64,000 nucleotides of DNA from a virus (taxonomy: Duplodnaviria; Caudoviricetes). The notes below the pieces were generated by a model. The model made no database searches and was not told the DNA's origin. It worked only from the letters and a program-made list of their open reading frames with translations. Each line of letters begins with the position of its first letter. Positions within the stretch are counted from its first letter, which is position 1. The DNA lies in the IMG/VR virus record IMGVR_UViG_3300022591_000002; one strand, 5' to 3'. Shown here one piece after another: positions 37,767 through 45,003 of the stretch. The position numbers and the translations under genes were made by a program.

Positions 37767-38111
37767 TTAATCCATACGCGAGCTAGCGTAGATTCTAGCT
37801 TCTGGAAAATACTGGCGGAAGAAGTCTGCGAACGCCTGCGCACCTGCTTCCTTAACACTGATGCTCTGGGTAGGCAAGCCTGCTGGATCCCACAGGTCCA
37901 AACACTTGGCCTTGTAGCTCTTACGGAAGCCTGCTTCAATCAACGCCTTTGCTTCCTTGCTGTTGGTACGATCCACATAGATCTCAACCCAACCAAAACC
38001 ACATGCATCACGCTCGCCCACTTGGGCATACATCTTCTTAGCGGCTTCTACAGCCTCAACCTTAGCGCCAGCAACCACGCTCAAAATCTGCTCTTTGCTA
38101 AAACCTTTCAT
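37767..38111 (-). CDS. Hypothetical early protein
   Basis: Cassette upstream; DACGFGWV. Confidence 0.75.
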   Translation of the reverse strand: MKGFSKEQILSVVAGAKVEAVEAAKKMYAQVGERDACGFGWVEIYVDRTNSKEAKALIEAGFRKSYKAKCLDLWDPAGLPTQSISVKEAGAQAFADFFRQYFPEARIYASSRMD

Positions 38112-38176
38112 ATCTCGCTCCTTAAGTGTTTAAGTGTATAGTATAGCATCAATGGTTTTACCTGTCAACCATTTTT

Positions 38177-38358
38177 GGGGAACTCCAGTCTACTTGTCCT
38201 GTACCGTCTACAGGCCTAGTGCTTTCGTCATTATTGCCTACTTACCTGTCAGCTTCGCCCGAAGGTCTGCCTTCTTGTCCTGGATACTAGGCACCCGTCA
38301 GTGCTCTTCCACCTCTCCTAGGACCTAACAGCGTAGGTAACCCCTAATTCCTTACTAT
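38177..38358 (-). ncRNA. Candidate structured ncRNA (~180 nt) with its own sigma70 promoter
   Basis: Promoter 38365-93 lacks the RBS-ATG part; nested stems and a UUCG loop; no credible ORF. Confidence 0.6.
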
Positions 38359-38404
38359 GTCTATAGTATAACACCGGTTTTACCTAGTGTCAACCGATCT
38401 GTTG

Positions 38405-38572
38405 TTAATATGTAACAGGAGCAAACATCTTTCTGCCCAACTGCATGAAATTACGGAACTGGGCCTGTATCTGCTCGTCGAACTCGTCCAAGTTCTCATC
38501 CATGTACTCTAACCCAACTAGCAAGTCACCGCCACCAGCTTCTTTAGCTACTTCAACAAGTCTATCAAACAT
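38405..38572 (-). CDS. Small acidic hypothetical protein (55 aa)
   Basis: MFDRLVEVAKEAGG...; cassette with AAGGAG upstream. Confidence 0.7.
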   Translation of the reverse strand: MFDRLVEVAKEAGGGDLLVGLEYMDENLDEFDEQIQAQFRNFMQLGRKMFAPVTY

Positions 38573-38624
38573 ATCTGCTCCTTAAGTGTTTAAGTGTATA
38601 GTATAACACAGGTTTTACCAAATG

Positions 38625-38864
38625 TCAACCGATCGTTGCAATAACCCTATCCTCTGCAGGGTTATAGCTCAGGAACACTTTAGTACTATCGCGCTCTTTA
38701 GCATCGATCTTATAGACAACAAAGTAGCAGAACTGCCCTGCATTGGTCAGACCTAGGAACTTAGCACCTGTGAGCTCGTAGTCCTTGCCCGCCTTGCCTA
38801 AGGCCTGCTGTAGGCCATGATGCGTAAATGAGATCAAGGTCTGTAGTCGTTCTGCTGTGATCAT
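38625..38864 (-). CDS. Hypothetical early protein
   Basis: Coupled ORF. Confidence 0.65.
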   Translation of the reverse strand: MITAERLQTLISFTHHGLQQALGKAGKDYELTGAKFLGLTNAGQFCYFVVYKIDAKERDSTKVFLSYNPAEDRVIATIG

Positions 38865-39175
38865 TCTGCTACTTCCTCCAAACTATCGAAACAGTCCTCA
38901 ACACGGTCTGCGCCATTGTAGATAACATAGTCGCCGATTGTGGTGCGACCTTCGCCCTCTTTGATGTATTCGAAGCCGCCGTAATAGTCCAAGCTACGGC
39001 TACCGTTTGCAACAATGACACGCTCGTTGCGATCAATATACACACGACCACAGCGGATGTCTAGGCCTAGCTTGTCGGCACTTACCCGCTCCATGCCGGC
39101 CACATAACGCTCAATGCCGTATGTGATCTCGTCCATCACGTCCAGTATGCTACCACAGTCTTCGAACAAATTCAT
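38861..39175 (-). CDS. Hypothetical early protein
   Basis: Cassette upstream. Confidence 0.7.
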   Translation of the reverse strand: MNLFEDCGSILDVMDEITYGIERYVAGMERVSADKLGLDIRCGRVYIDRNERVIVANGSRSLDYYGGFEYIKEGEGRTTIGDYVIYNGADRVEDCFDSLEEVAE

Positions 39176-39263
39176 ATCAGCTCCTTAGTGTCTATGTAAA
39201 CATTGTAACACAGGTTTTACCACTTGTCAACCCCAGGGGACAAAGCCCCTAAGGACTGCAGGG

Positions 39264-39593
39264 TTATTCCATGCTCGCTATGCCGTTGTCTTGCATACCC
39301 TGCTCTGTAAACGACACCTCGTAGCCCAGCAACCGGCTAATGGCACTCTCAAAGCCCGTGTCTGTGTACATACGCCAGCTGTCTTCAACTTCAGTGCCGT
39401 CTACGCCGTCTACGTCGTAGTATACATTAATGCTATTAAAGCCGTCAAACTCAGTAACTACAATGTCTGTAACTGTTACTTCTGTAAGTGTACAGTCCCA
39501 AATGCTGTCACCTGCTAGTACTACACTCTCGTTGCAGGTATAGTGTGTAGTAGTGCTGTCGTCATCGCTAGTAATGTCTTTTTGTGTTAGCAT
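39264..39593 (-). CDS. Acidic hypothetical early protein
   Basis: Start ATG 39593 by RBS; SFTEQGMQD. Confidence 0.7.
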   Translation of the reverse strand: MLTQKDITSDDDSTTTHYTCNESVVLAGDSIWDCTLTEVTVTDIVVTEFDGFNSINVYYDVDGVDGTEVEDSWRMYTDTGFESAISRLLGYEVSFTEQGMQDNGIASME

Positions 39594-39674
39594 AAGTGCT
39601 CCTTTAGTGTTTAAGTGTGTAGTATAGCACAGTTTTACCAAAATGTCAACTGTGCTATACAATAACCCTGCAAC

Positions 39675-39938
39675 TTAGTCAACTAATTGTATGTTGCTAG
39701 TGTTTAGCGTTTTGCTAGCTATGTGCAGGGCTTGTAGTACTTCCTCTGCTTGTAAGTCTCCGCTAACATAAGCGCATTTTGCTTGCACAGGAAATGCGTG
39801 TACTAGCTCGTTTTTATTATTAAGTTTTTTGTGTACATTAAAAGCAACTACTACTTTTACAGTACCTAATTTTTTATTGTAAACTAACTTAGCTTTTGCA
39901 GGCGTATTAACTGCGCTAACTGTAAATGTGTGTAACAT
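39675..39938 (-). CDS. Basic hypothetical early protein
   Basis: Cassette upstream. Confidence 0.65.
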   Translation of the reverse strand: MLHTFTVSAVNTPAKAKLVYNKKLGTVKVVVAFNVHKKLNNKNELVHAFPVQAKCAYVSGDLQAEEVLQALHIASKTLNTSNIQLVD

Positions 39939-40095
39939 ACAAGCTCCTTTTTAGTGTATGTGTGTATAATAGCACACTTTTACCAAAGTGTCAACTACAA
40001 TTTTAATAGTTGACTAGTGTGTAGGGTTTCTTAACTAGGGGTTGACAACTGTGGTAAAACCTGTTATACTACACACTAGACACTAAGGAGAGCAT

Positions 40096-40308
40096 ATGAA
40101 GACAGCAAAGGTTGACGGCAAGACCGTTACAATTGGTGATGTTGTTTGCTTTAAGAGCGACATCGAGCAGTCGGGTACTATTGTAGACATTAAGCAGAGC
40201 TACATGGGCACGGCGCTTACACTACAGAGCACATATGGCTTTGAAGGTGAGTACATAGGTGGGGAGGAGATAACGACCGAACTAGCCCGCGACTGCTGGG
40301 TAGAATAA
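40096..40308 (+). CDS. Hypothetical early protein (SH3-like strands)
   Basis: Plus-strand copy of the cassette upstream; GDVVCFKSDIEQSGTI. Confidence 0.7.
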   Translation: MKTAKVDGKTVTIGDVVCFKSDIEQSGTIVDIKQSYMGTALTLQSTYGFEGEYIGGEEITTELARDCWVE

Positions 40309-40340
40309 CAGGGAGGGCGCAGGCCCTTTCCCACACTCAC

Positions 40341-40371
40341 AAAAAAACCCTACTATATTGCTATAGTGGGG
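40341..40371 (-). terminator. Rho-independent terminator
   Basis: CCCCACTATA-GCAA-TATAGTAGGG-TTTTTTT. Confidence 0.8.
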
Positions 40372-40560
40372 TCTTCCCGCCTTGAGCTCAAGCATATATG
40401 GCTCAAGTCCGCTGGCCCTTCCACCTAGCCCCGTTACGGGTTGATCTAGCGTGTGTGCATCCGCTAACATCGGCAGGCCATTCTATACAGTAGGCACAGA
40501 ACTTCACAGTTCCCATTGAGCTAGGCTCGTTAACCATTTAGTCCGGTCCGCTTCTTTCCC
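40372..40560 (-). ncRNA. Candidate structured RNA in the tRNA trailer
   Basis: Multibranch fold closed by CCTAGCTC/GGGCTAGG, plus a CTTGAGC/GCTCAAG hairpin; ends at a terminator. Confidence 0.4.
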
Positions 40561-40624
40561 TGCTGTTAGCACTCGATTGACAACAGTCCGGTTTCGCTGT
40601 ATAATACGGTTACTTCAAAAACTA

Positions 40625-40701
40625 TGGTGGGCCCACCTGGACTCGAACCAGGGACCAAAGGATTATGAGTCCTCTGCTCTAACCAACTGAGCTATAGGCC
40701 C
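40625..40701 (-). tRNA. tRNA with CAU anticodon, Ile2 (lysidine)-type, encoded CCA
   Basis: GGGCCTA/TGGGCCC acceptor stem, TAGCTCAGTTGGTTAGAGC D-arm, CTCATAA loop, GTTCGAGTC T-loop; resembles ileX-type rather than Met tRNAs. Confidence 0.92.
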
Positions 40702-40718
40702 TAACCTTAACTTATATT

Positions 40719-41726
40719 TTACTGTCTAAGTCCGAGTCCTGCAAGTAATGATTGTGCCGAATTGATCTTCTTCTGCTCCTGCTGTCCTTGCTTAGTAGCA
40801 CTCATAAAGCTAGTAGGCACACCGCCCTGTGTTTGGCCGAAAGGACTGTAGGTCTGTGCAGAACCTGCTCCTGGACTAGGCTTATTAGGGGCCTCTACAG
40901 CGGGGTTTCTTTGTGGCTGTGCCTGCTGTTGTTTGGCTACTGTCGCCGCTACATCAGCTAGGCTCTGCACTTGTACTCCGGGTGGTGCTTCTACGGGTAT
41001 ATAACCCCACGCCCCTAGCAGTACTGGATTACCATCTACACGGCGGTTCCACTTGCGCATAAAGTACTTGTCAGTCGCCTCACAGATCTTAAGCTGGTCA
41101 ATCAAGTTGGCAAATACACTATCAATAAGCACAATAGTTTCCGCACCCTCAATAATCTTTAACCAGTCAAAGATACAGTCAGTTAGCTCAGTGATCTCTA
41201 TACGCTCGACACCTGGTTCAATCCCACTAAGATCGATCTCATATTGCACATCACTAGCCTTACCCTGATATACCATGTAGCGGGGTTTTGTTACTACACG
41301 ATCATAGAGTGCTTGCTCACGCACGGGGTCACGAGTAATACACTTGTCTAGTTCCCACTTCTTGGCAAATGCCACACCCGCGGCCGCATACTTGTACTGA
41401 TCGAACTTCATCATGGCAAACAGGTCTGGGTCCGTACGTTCTGGCACACTAGACAGATACTGATACAAGTATATGACGTCATCTTCCTCTGTGATGCCTA
41501 CACTGGCCAACCTCTCTAGCGGGGTATTTAAAAAGAACTCACCTGTAGCATCTACAGGAACCGCCATCCAATTAACCCAAGGTGCTACATCCTTAAAATG
41601 GCTAACAAAGTCCTCACAGATGGGCCAATAGATCTCATTGCCTTGATCCGCATAATGTTTCGCGATTGGTAAAGCGATAACAATATCACCAATACCTCTC
41701 GACTGTATAATACCTAACTTACTCAT
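40719..41726 (-). CDS. Glycosyltransferase (GT9-like) with Q/P-rich C-terminal tail
   Basis: SRGIGDIVIALP and IIEGAETIVLIDSVFANL. Confidence 0.7.
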   Translation of the reverse strand: MSKLGIIQSRGIGDIVIALPIAKHYADQGNEIYWPICEDFVSHFKDVAPWVNWMAVPVDATGEFFLNTPLERLASVGITEEDDVIYLYQYLSSVPERTDPDLFAMMKFDQYKYAAAGVAFAKKWELDKCITRDPVREQALYDRVVTKPRYMVYQGKASDVQYEIDLSGIEPGVERIEITELTDCIFDWLKIIEGAETIVLIDSVFANLIDQLKICEATDKYFMRKWNRRVDGNPVLLGAWGYIPVEAPPGVQVQSLADVAATVAKQQQAQPQRNPAVEAPNKPSPGAGSAQTYSPFGQTQGGVPTSFMSATKQGQQEQKKINSAQSLLAGLGLRQ

Positions 41727-41738
41727 ATAATCCCTTTA

Positions 41739-41924
41739 TTAACTAAGCAGGGTAACTCCATAACAATGACCATACAGTTGTTCAGCAATAGCTCTAGCTT
41801 GTAGACTATCTCGAGCTTGAATAACCAAATGTGTATCACGATTGTCTATGACCACCCATATGTCATAATTATGCACGGGCTCATCTCCTACTATAAAGGT
41901 TTGATTAATTTTACGATCTGACAT
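41739..41924 (-). CDS. Hypothetical protein
   Basis: ORF from ATG 41924. Confidence 0.5.
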   Translation of the reverse strand: MSDRKINQTFIVGDEPVHNYDIWVVIDNRDTHLVIQARDSLQARAIAEQLYGHCYGVTLLS

Positions 41925-41928
41925 TATA

Positions 41929-42105
41929 CTAGCAATTCTCAGGACTACGACTACAGTCACGACCACCTTGACCCCATGGAGTCGTGATCCACTGTACAGG
42001 TTCACTACCCGGAGTTCTTACAGTATACACACTAGAGCAACCTGAGCAGAGTAAGCACAAGAGCACAGTTAATACTATATAGGCAATCACAAAGTATCTC
42101 ATCAT
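41929..42105 (-). CDS. Small lipoprotein-like protein
   Basis: Hydrophobic leader and lipobox-like LCSGC; consensus promoter 6 nt upstream. Confidence 0.55.
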   Translation of the reverse strand: MMRYFVIAYIVLTVLLCLLCSGCSSVYTVRTPGSEPVQWITTPWGQGGRDCSRSPENC

Positions 42106-42530
42106 GTAACTATTATACAGCTTCCGTGTGGTTTTGTCAAGAGTCAATAGTTAGAACGGTGGGAAAATATGTGGCATTTTGACACAAAACACTCCCCAGA
42201 ATAGGCCATTTTTGACACCTTTTGGGACAGTTTTGGCAAAAATATAGGTAAAAATATTTGGCGGGTGGTCTGGGTGACAGGCTATGCTAGAAATACTTTT
42301 TCTACTCTGCCTCCTCCACGCTGGCCCTTAAGCGTACTGCCTACGGAATACCAAAGTAAATTTCAACTGAATAACAAAGTAAATTTATATACCCAAATCA
42401 CTTGTTCACAACTCCCTGACTGTAGTATTATTGTGTATACGTAGCAAGTGAGTAGCGAATCAAAAGCACTTATACACTGGCTACCAAATAGTTCTCATCG
42501 TGCCACGAGCAGGTGTTAAATATGTCTACT

Positions 42531-43865
42531 ATGCGCAAAACAACACTAGACACTATACCCAAGTTCAACAACACTGAGCACTTAAACCTTAAGCATCACT
42601 CTAGTACTCCGGATTACCCATTTCCAGAGTTTAGACATGACATATACGATGATCATGTTACACGTAATATAGAGGGTAGTCATGTACCCAAAATGGAGAA
42701 CATTCCTAAAGTACAGGCTGAATTCCATCCTATTAAGCAGTACAACTATGCTTACCCAGAGTTGATTCCTACAGTAGGCACTAGTACGCTACACAAGCCT
42801 TGGAATCCTAACTATACTACACGTACAGCTGATGAAGTTATTGCACAAATGAGCAAGAACTCTACCAAGTGGAGTATGCATACAGCTAACGAAGTATTTG
42901 GTAAGGGCGTTGGACCTATGTCATATACTATAGACATTAACAACACATTCTTCCTACGGGCCGCCAAACGAGTAGATGACGCTTGGGATGCTACCACTGT
43001 AACTAAGACTATTAAGAATAGTACTGCATTTCAGGGCAAGGCCAAACCCATAGTTGATACACGCAAGTACATTACCAGCTATGGTACTAATAAACATACT
43101 ACACAGGTTAACTTATCCGACATGATTGAATTTACACCTTCAACACCTAAAAAGCCATCACTAGATGCTGTACAAGAGCAAAAGTATGTAGTTAATACTC
43201 CTACTCCAGATTTAGGCGCTCGTCCAACTGATACAGGACGTCCTCCAATGTTATTGCCCGCTTGTACTGCATGTGGGCATCAACACCCTAGTACTGTACA
43301 GTTAAAATGGATGAGCCGTGTATGGGCGGCATTAGATGGGTTCTTAACTCCAGCAGAGTGTGATAGTCTACAGGCCCTAGCTAGTGATATTGCACCCGCT
43401 AAAATCAGTACTCAAATAGAGGGATTTGTTGATCCTAATCTACGCACTAGCGACATAGGTTGGATTAACGGTAATGCCGATAGTGGTTGGTTATTCCGCA
43501 GATTATGGGAAGCTATTGGTGAAGCTAATAACCAAATGTTCCACTATGATATACAGTTTCTAGAACCCTTGCAGTATACGATCTATCGTGCTGAGCAACA
43601 GGGTTTTTACGATAAGCACTATGATTGGGGAGCAGGTGATAGCGGTATGCGTAAACTATCCTTTAGCATACAGTTGTCGGATGACGTCGAGTACTCGGGC
43701 GGGGATGTTGTGCTTTATACTGGCGACAAGGGTGGCATCAGTATTCCTCGAACTAAAGGCACTATTACTGTATTCCCTAGCTGGATGATGCATGAAGTTA
43801 CTCCGGTTACGCAGGGTGTTCGCAAGAGTCTAGTAGGATGGTTCCAGGGCCCTGTGCATTTTTAA
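42531..43865 (+). CDS. 2OG-Fe(II) oxygenase (PKHD-like) with ~260-aa N-terminal extension
   Basis: FYDKHYD, RKLSFSIQLSD, FPSWMMHEVTPVTQGVRKSLVGW. Confidence 0.85.
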   Translation: MRKTTLDTIPKFNNTEHLNLKHHSSTPDYPFPEFRHDIYDDHVTRNIEGSHVPKMENIPKVQAEFHPIKQYNYAYPELIPTVGTSTLHKPWNPNYTTRTADEVIAQMSKNSTKWSMHTANEVFGKGVGPMSYTIDINNTFFLRAAKRVDDAWDATTVTKTIKNSTAFQGKAKPIVDTRKYITSYGTNKHTTQVNLSDMIEFTPSTPKKPSLDAVQEQKYVVNTPTPDLGARPTDTGRPPMLLPACTACGHQHPSTVQLKWMSRVWAALDGFLTPAECDSLQALASDIAPAKISTQIEGFVDPNLRTSDIGWINGNADSGWLFRRLWEAIGEANNQMFHYDIQFLEPLQYTIYRAEQQGFYDKHYDWGAGDSGMRKLSFSIQLSDDVEYSGGDVVLYTGDKGGISIPRTKGTITVFPSWMMHEVTPVTQGVRKSLVGWFQGPVHF

Positions 43866-43890
43866 ACTCTAACTTAGACTTAGTATAAAC

Positions 43891-43920
43891 AAGCCCGGTG
43901 TAATAGCTGGGCTTTCTCTT
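43891..43920 (+). terminator. Probable terminator
   Basis: AAGCCCGG/CTGGGCTT followed by TCTCTT. Confidence 0.65.
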
Positions 43921-43937
43921 ATGAGCAAAAAATTTGC

Positions 43938-43953
43938 TAGCCGACGCTTCGCG
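43938..43953 (-). repeat. 16-bp element CGCGAAGCGTCGGCTA, copy 2 (inverted)
   Basis: Exact reverse complement of 28339-28354. Confidence 0.85.
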
Positions 43954-43975
43954 TAAGTGAGTTGTAAATACGGGT

Positions 43976-44203
43976 ATGGAAAAACCATATTACTACACAG
44001 TTCACAAGTTTTCAGTAGACTTTAGGGCTCCCGTAGAGGAGATATGGGCAGAAGCACAAGCTCATGATGTGGGTATTAGTGTTGTGGGTGATCGCTATAG
44101 GTTTACTATAAGCGAAGAGCATTCAGGCTCGTATATAACGCTGTTTTTACTACGTTGGGGTGACTATATAGTCAAACGTGAACAGGAACGGTGGATCAAG
44201 TAG
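43976..44203 (+). CDS. Hypothetical protein
   Basis: ATG 5 nt after TAAATA. Confidence 0.6.
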   Translation: MEKPYYYTVHKFSVDFRAPVEEIWAEAQAHDVGISVVGDRYRFTISEEHSGSYITLFLLRWGDYIVKREQERWIK

Positions 44204-44786
44204 ACTGTATCAGTGAACTGTTTTGAAAGTACTGTAGAGTTAGTCGTTCGCCGGCCCATACAGGTGTTACTTGATGTAACAAGAAGCTGGGGAATATTAT
44301 GAGTGTGTTAGACTTATTTTCCACTGTTTCCACTGCTGAGTGGGGCTCTGTAGGGCTTTCACTAAATTGAAATAGGCCACCCTCGTCCGCTGATTTGATC
44401 ACTAGGTTATAGGTCAAGTATGGAGTACGATCTCTATGCCATTGATAGTAGTCGCCCTGTTCATACTTGGAATATAAGAAACTGCCCTCATCAATAGTAG
44501 CGTGTGCTTTGAACAAGTAATCGTTCATATCTAGTAGGGCCTTGCGTATGGGCTGTCCCCAAGCCCTATCACGAAACTCAAGGGCTAGATCATTAGGAGC
44601 ACCTAGCCATGCGTTTTTGTTCTTTTTGTGTGGGCTTACTAGGGTCCTATTACTAGGGCTAACAACATCACCCTCACTGAGAGGCATACGGGCTAGCGTT
44701 GTAGCCCAACGAGCCAGCGTAGCCTCATCTAAGAAGTCGTGGACTTCTATATACTTGATGGGATTAGAGTGTAGCTCTACCAACAT
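44196..44786 (-). CDS. 2OG-Fe(II) oxygenase
   Basis: YYQWHRD, IFPSFLLHQVTPV..GER. Confidence 0.85.
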   Translation of the reverse strand: MLVELHSNPIKYIEVHDFLDEATLARWATTLARMPLSEGDVVSPSNRTLVSPHKKNKNAWLGAPNDLALEFRDRAWGQPIRKALLDMNDYLFKAHATIDEGSFLYSKYEQGDYYQWHRDRTPYLTYNLVIKSADEGGLFQFSESPTEPHSAVETVENKSNTLIIFPSFLLHQVTPVWAGERLTLQYFQNSSLIQST

Positions 44787-44994
44787 CGGGTCTGATCTTT
44801 ACAGCATTGTCAATACGGCTTTCCAGCATTTTGATCTGCTGTTCAATGCGGCCCTGTGCGTCTTTGTACAGAGCAATCTTGCTGTCATCGGGGGCTAGCT
44901 CGTTTGATTCACGTGCCAGCTCCTTGGTGATCTTTTCGTGTTTGTTCTTGAGTAGCAGAACGTGATGTTTGAGTTTTTGTAGTCCTGAGGCCAT
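44764..44994 (-). CDS. Coiled-coil hypothetical protein
   Basis: GAGGG RBS; heptad pattern. Confidence 0.6.
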   Translation of the reverse strand: MASGLQKLKHHVLLLKNKHEKITKELARESNELAPDDSKIALYKDAQGRIEQQIKMLESRIDNAVKIRPDVGRATL

Positions 44995-45003
44995 ACCCTC
45001 TCC

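Larger units (their letters stand above)
30957..42140. repeat. Family of about 19 sigma70 promoter(-RBS) cassettes in the early region
   Basis: TTGACA(or TAGACA)-17-TAT(A/T)(C/A)T or TACAAT. Minus-strand copies span 30957-85, 31916-44, 32332-60, 32465-93, 32923-51, 34279-307, 35317-45, 35580-608, 37224-52, 37490-518, 38140-68, 38365-93, 38600-28, 39202-30, 39621-49, 39966-94, 42112-40. Plus-strand copies span 40042-70 and 40577-605. Many are followed by ACACTTAAACACTTAAGGAG. Confidence 0.9.

Noticed and set aside
38205-38260. Hammerhead-like CTGA...GAAA elements in the 38.2-kb RNA
   Set aside because: The core reads CUGACAG rather than CUGANGA, and the stems do not map onto the hammerhead topology; kept only as an unclassified RNA.
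38295-38325. GAGAGGTGGA segment resembling a SAM-I riboswitch
   Set aside because: The AUC/GAU P1 and GCAAC elements are missing, and no gene lies downstream under its control.
38134-38328. 64-aa plus-strand ORF in the track
   Set aside because: It starts inside the antisense of a promoter cassette with no RBS and is antisense to the ncRNA candidate.
35556-39650. Near-identical ~55-bp repeats that could be read as a CRISPR array
   Set aside because: The intervals are hundreds to more than 1,000 bp and encode ORFs; the repeats are -35/-10/RBS cassettes; no cas genes are present.
40282-40470. 62-aa minus-strand ORF in the track
   Set aside because: TTG start with no RBS; it runs through a clear terminator and overlaps the structured RNA candidate.
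40505-40530. TAGCTCAATGG resembling a tRNA D-arm (second tRNA?)
   Set aside because: No T-loop, anticodon arm or acceptor stem at the right spacing.
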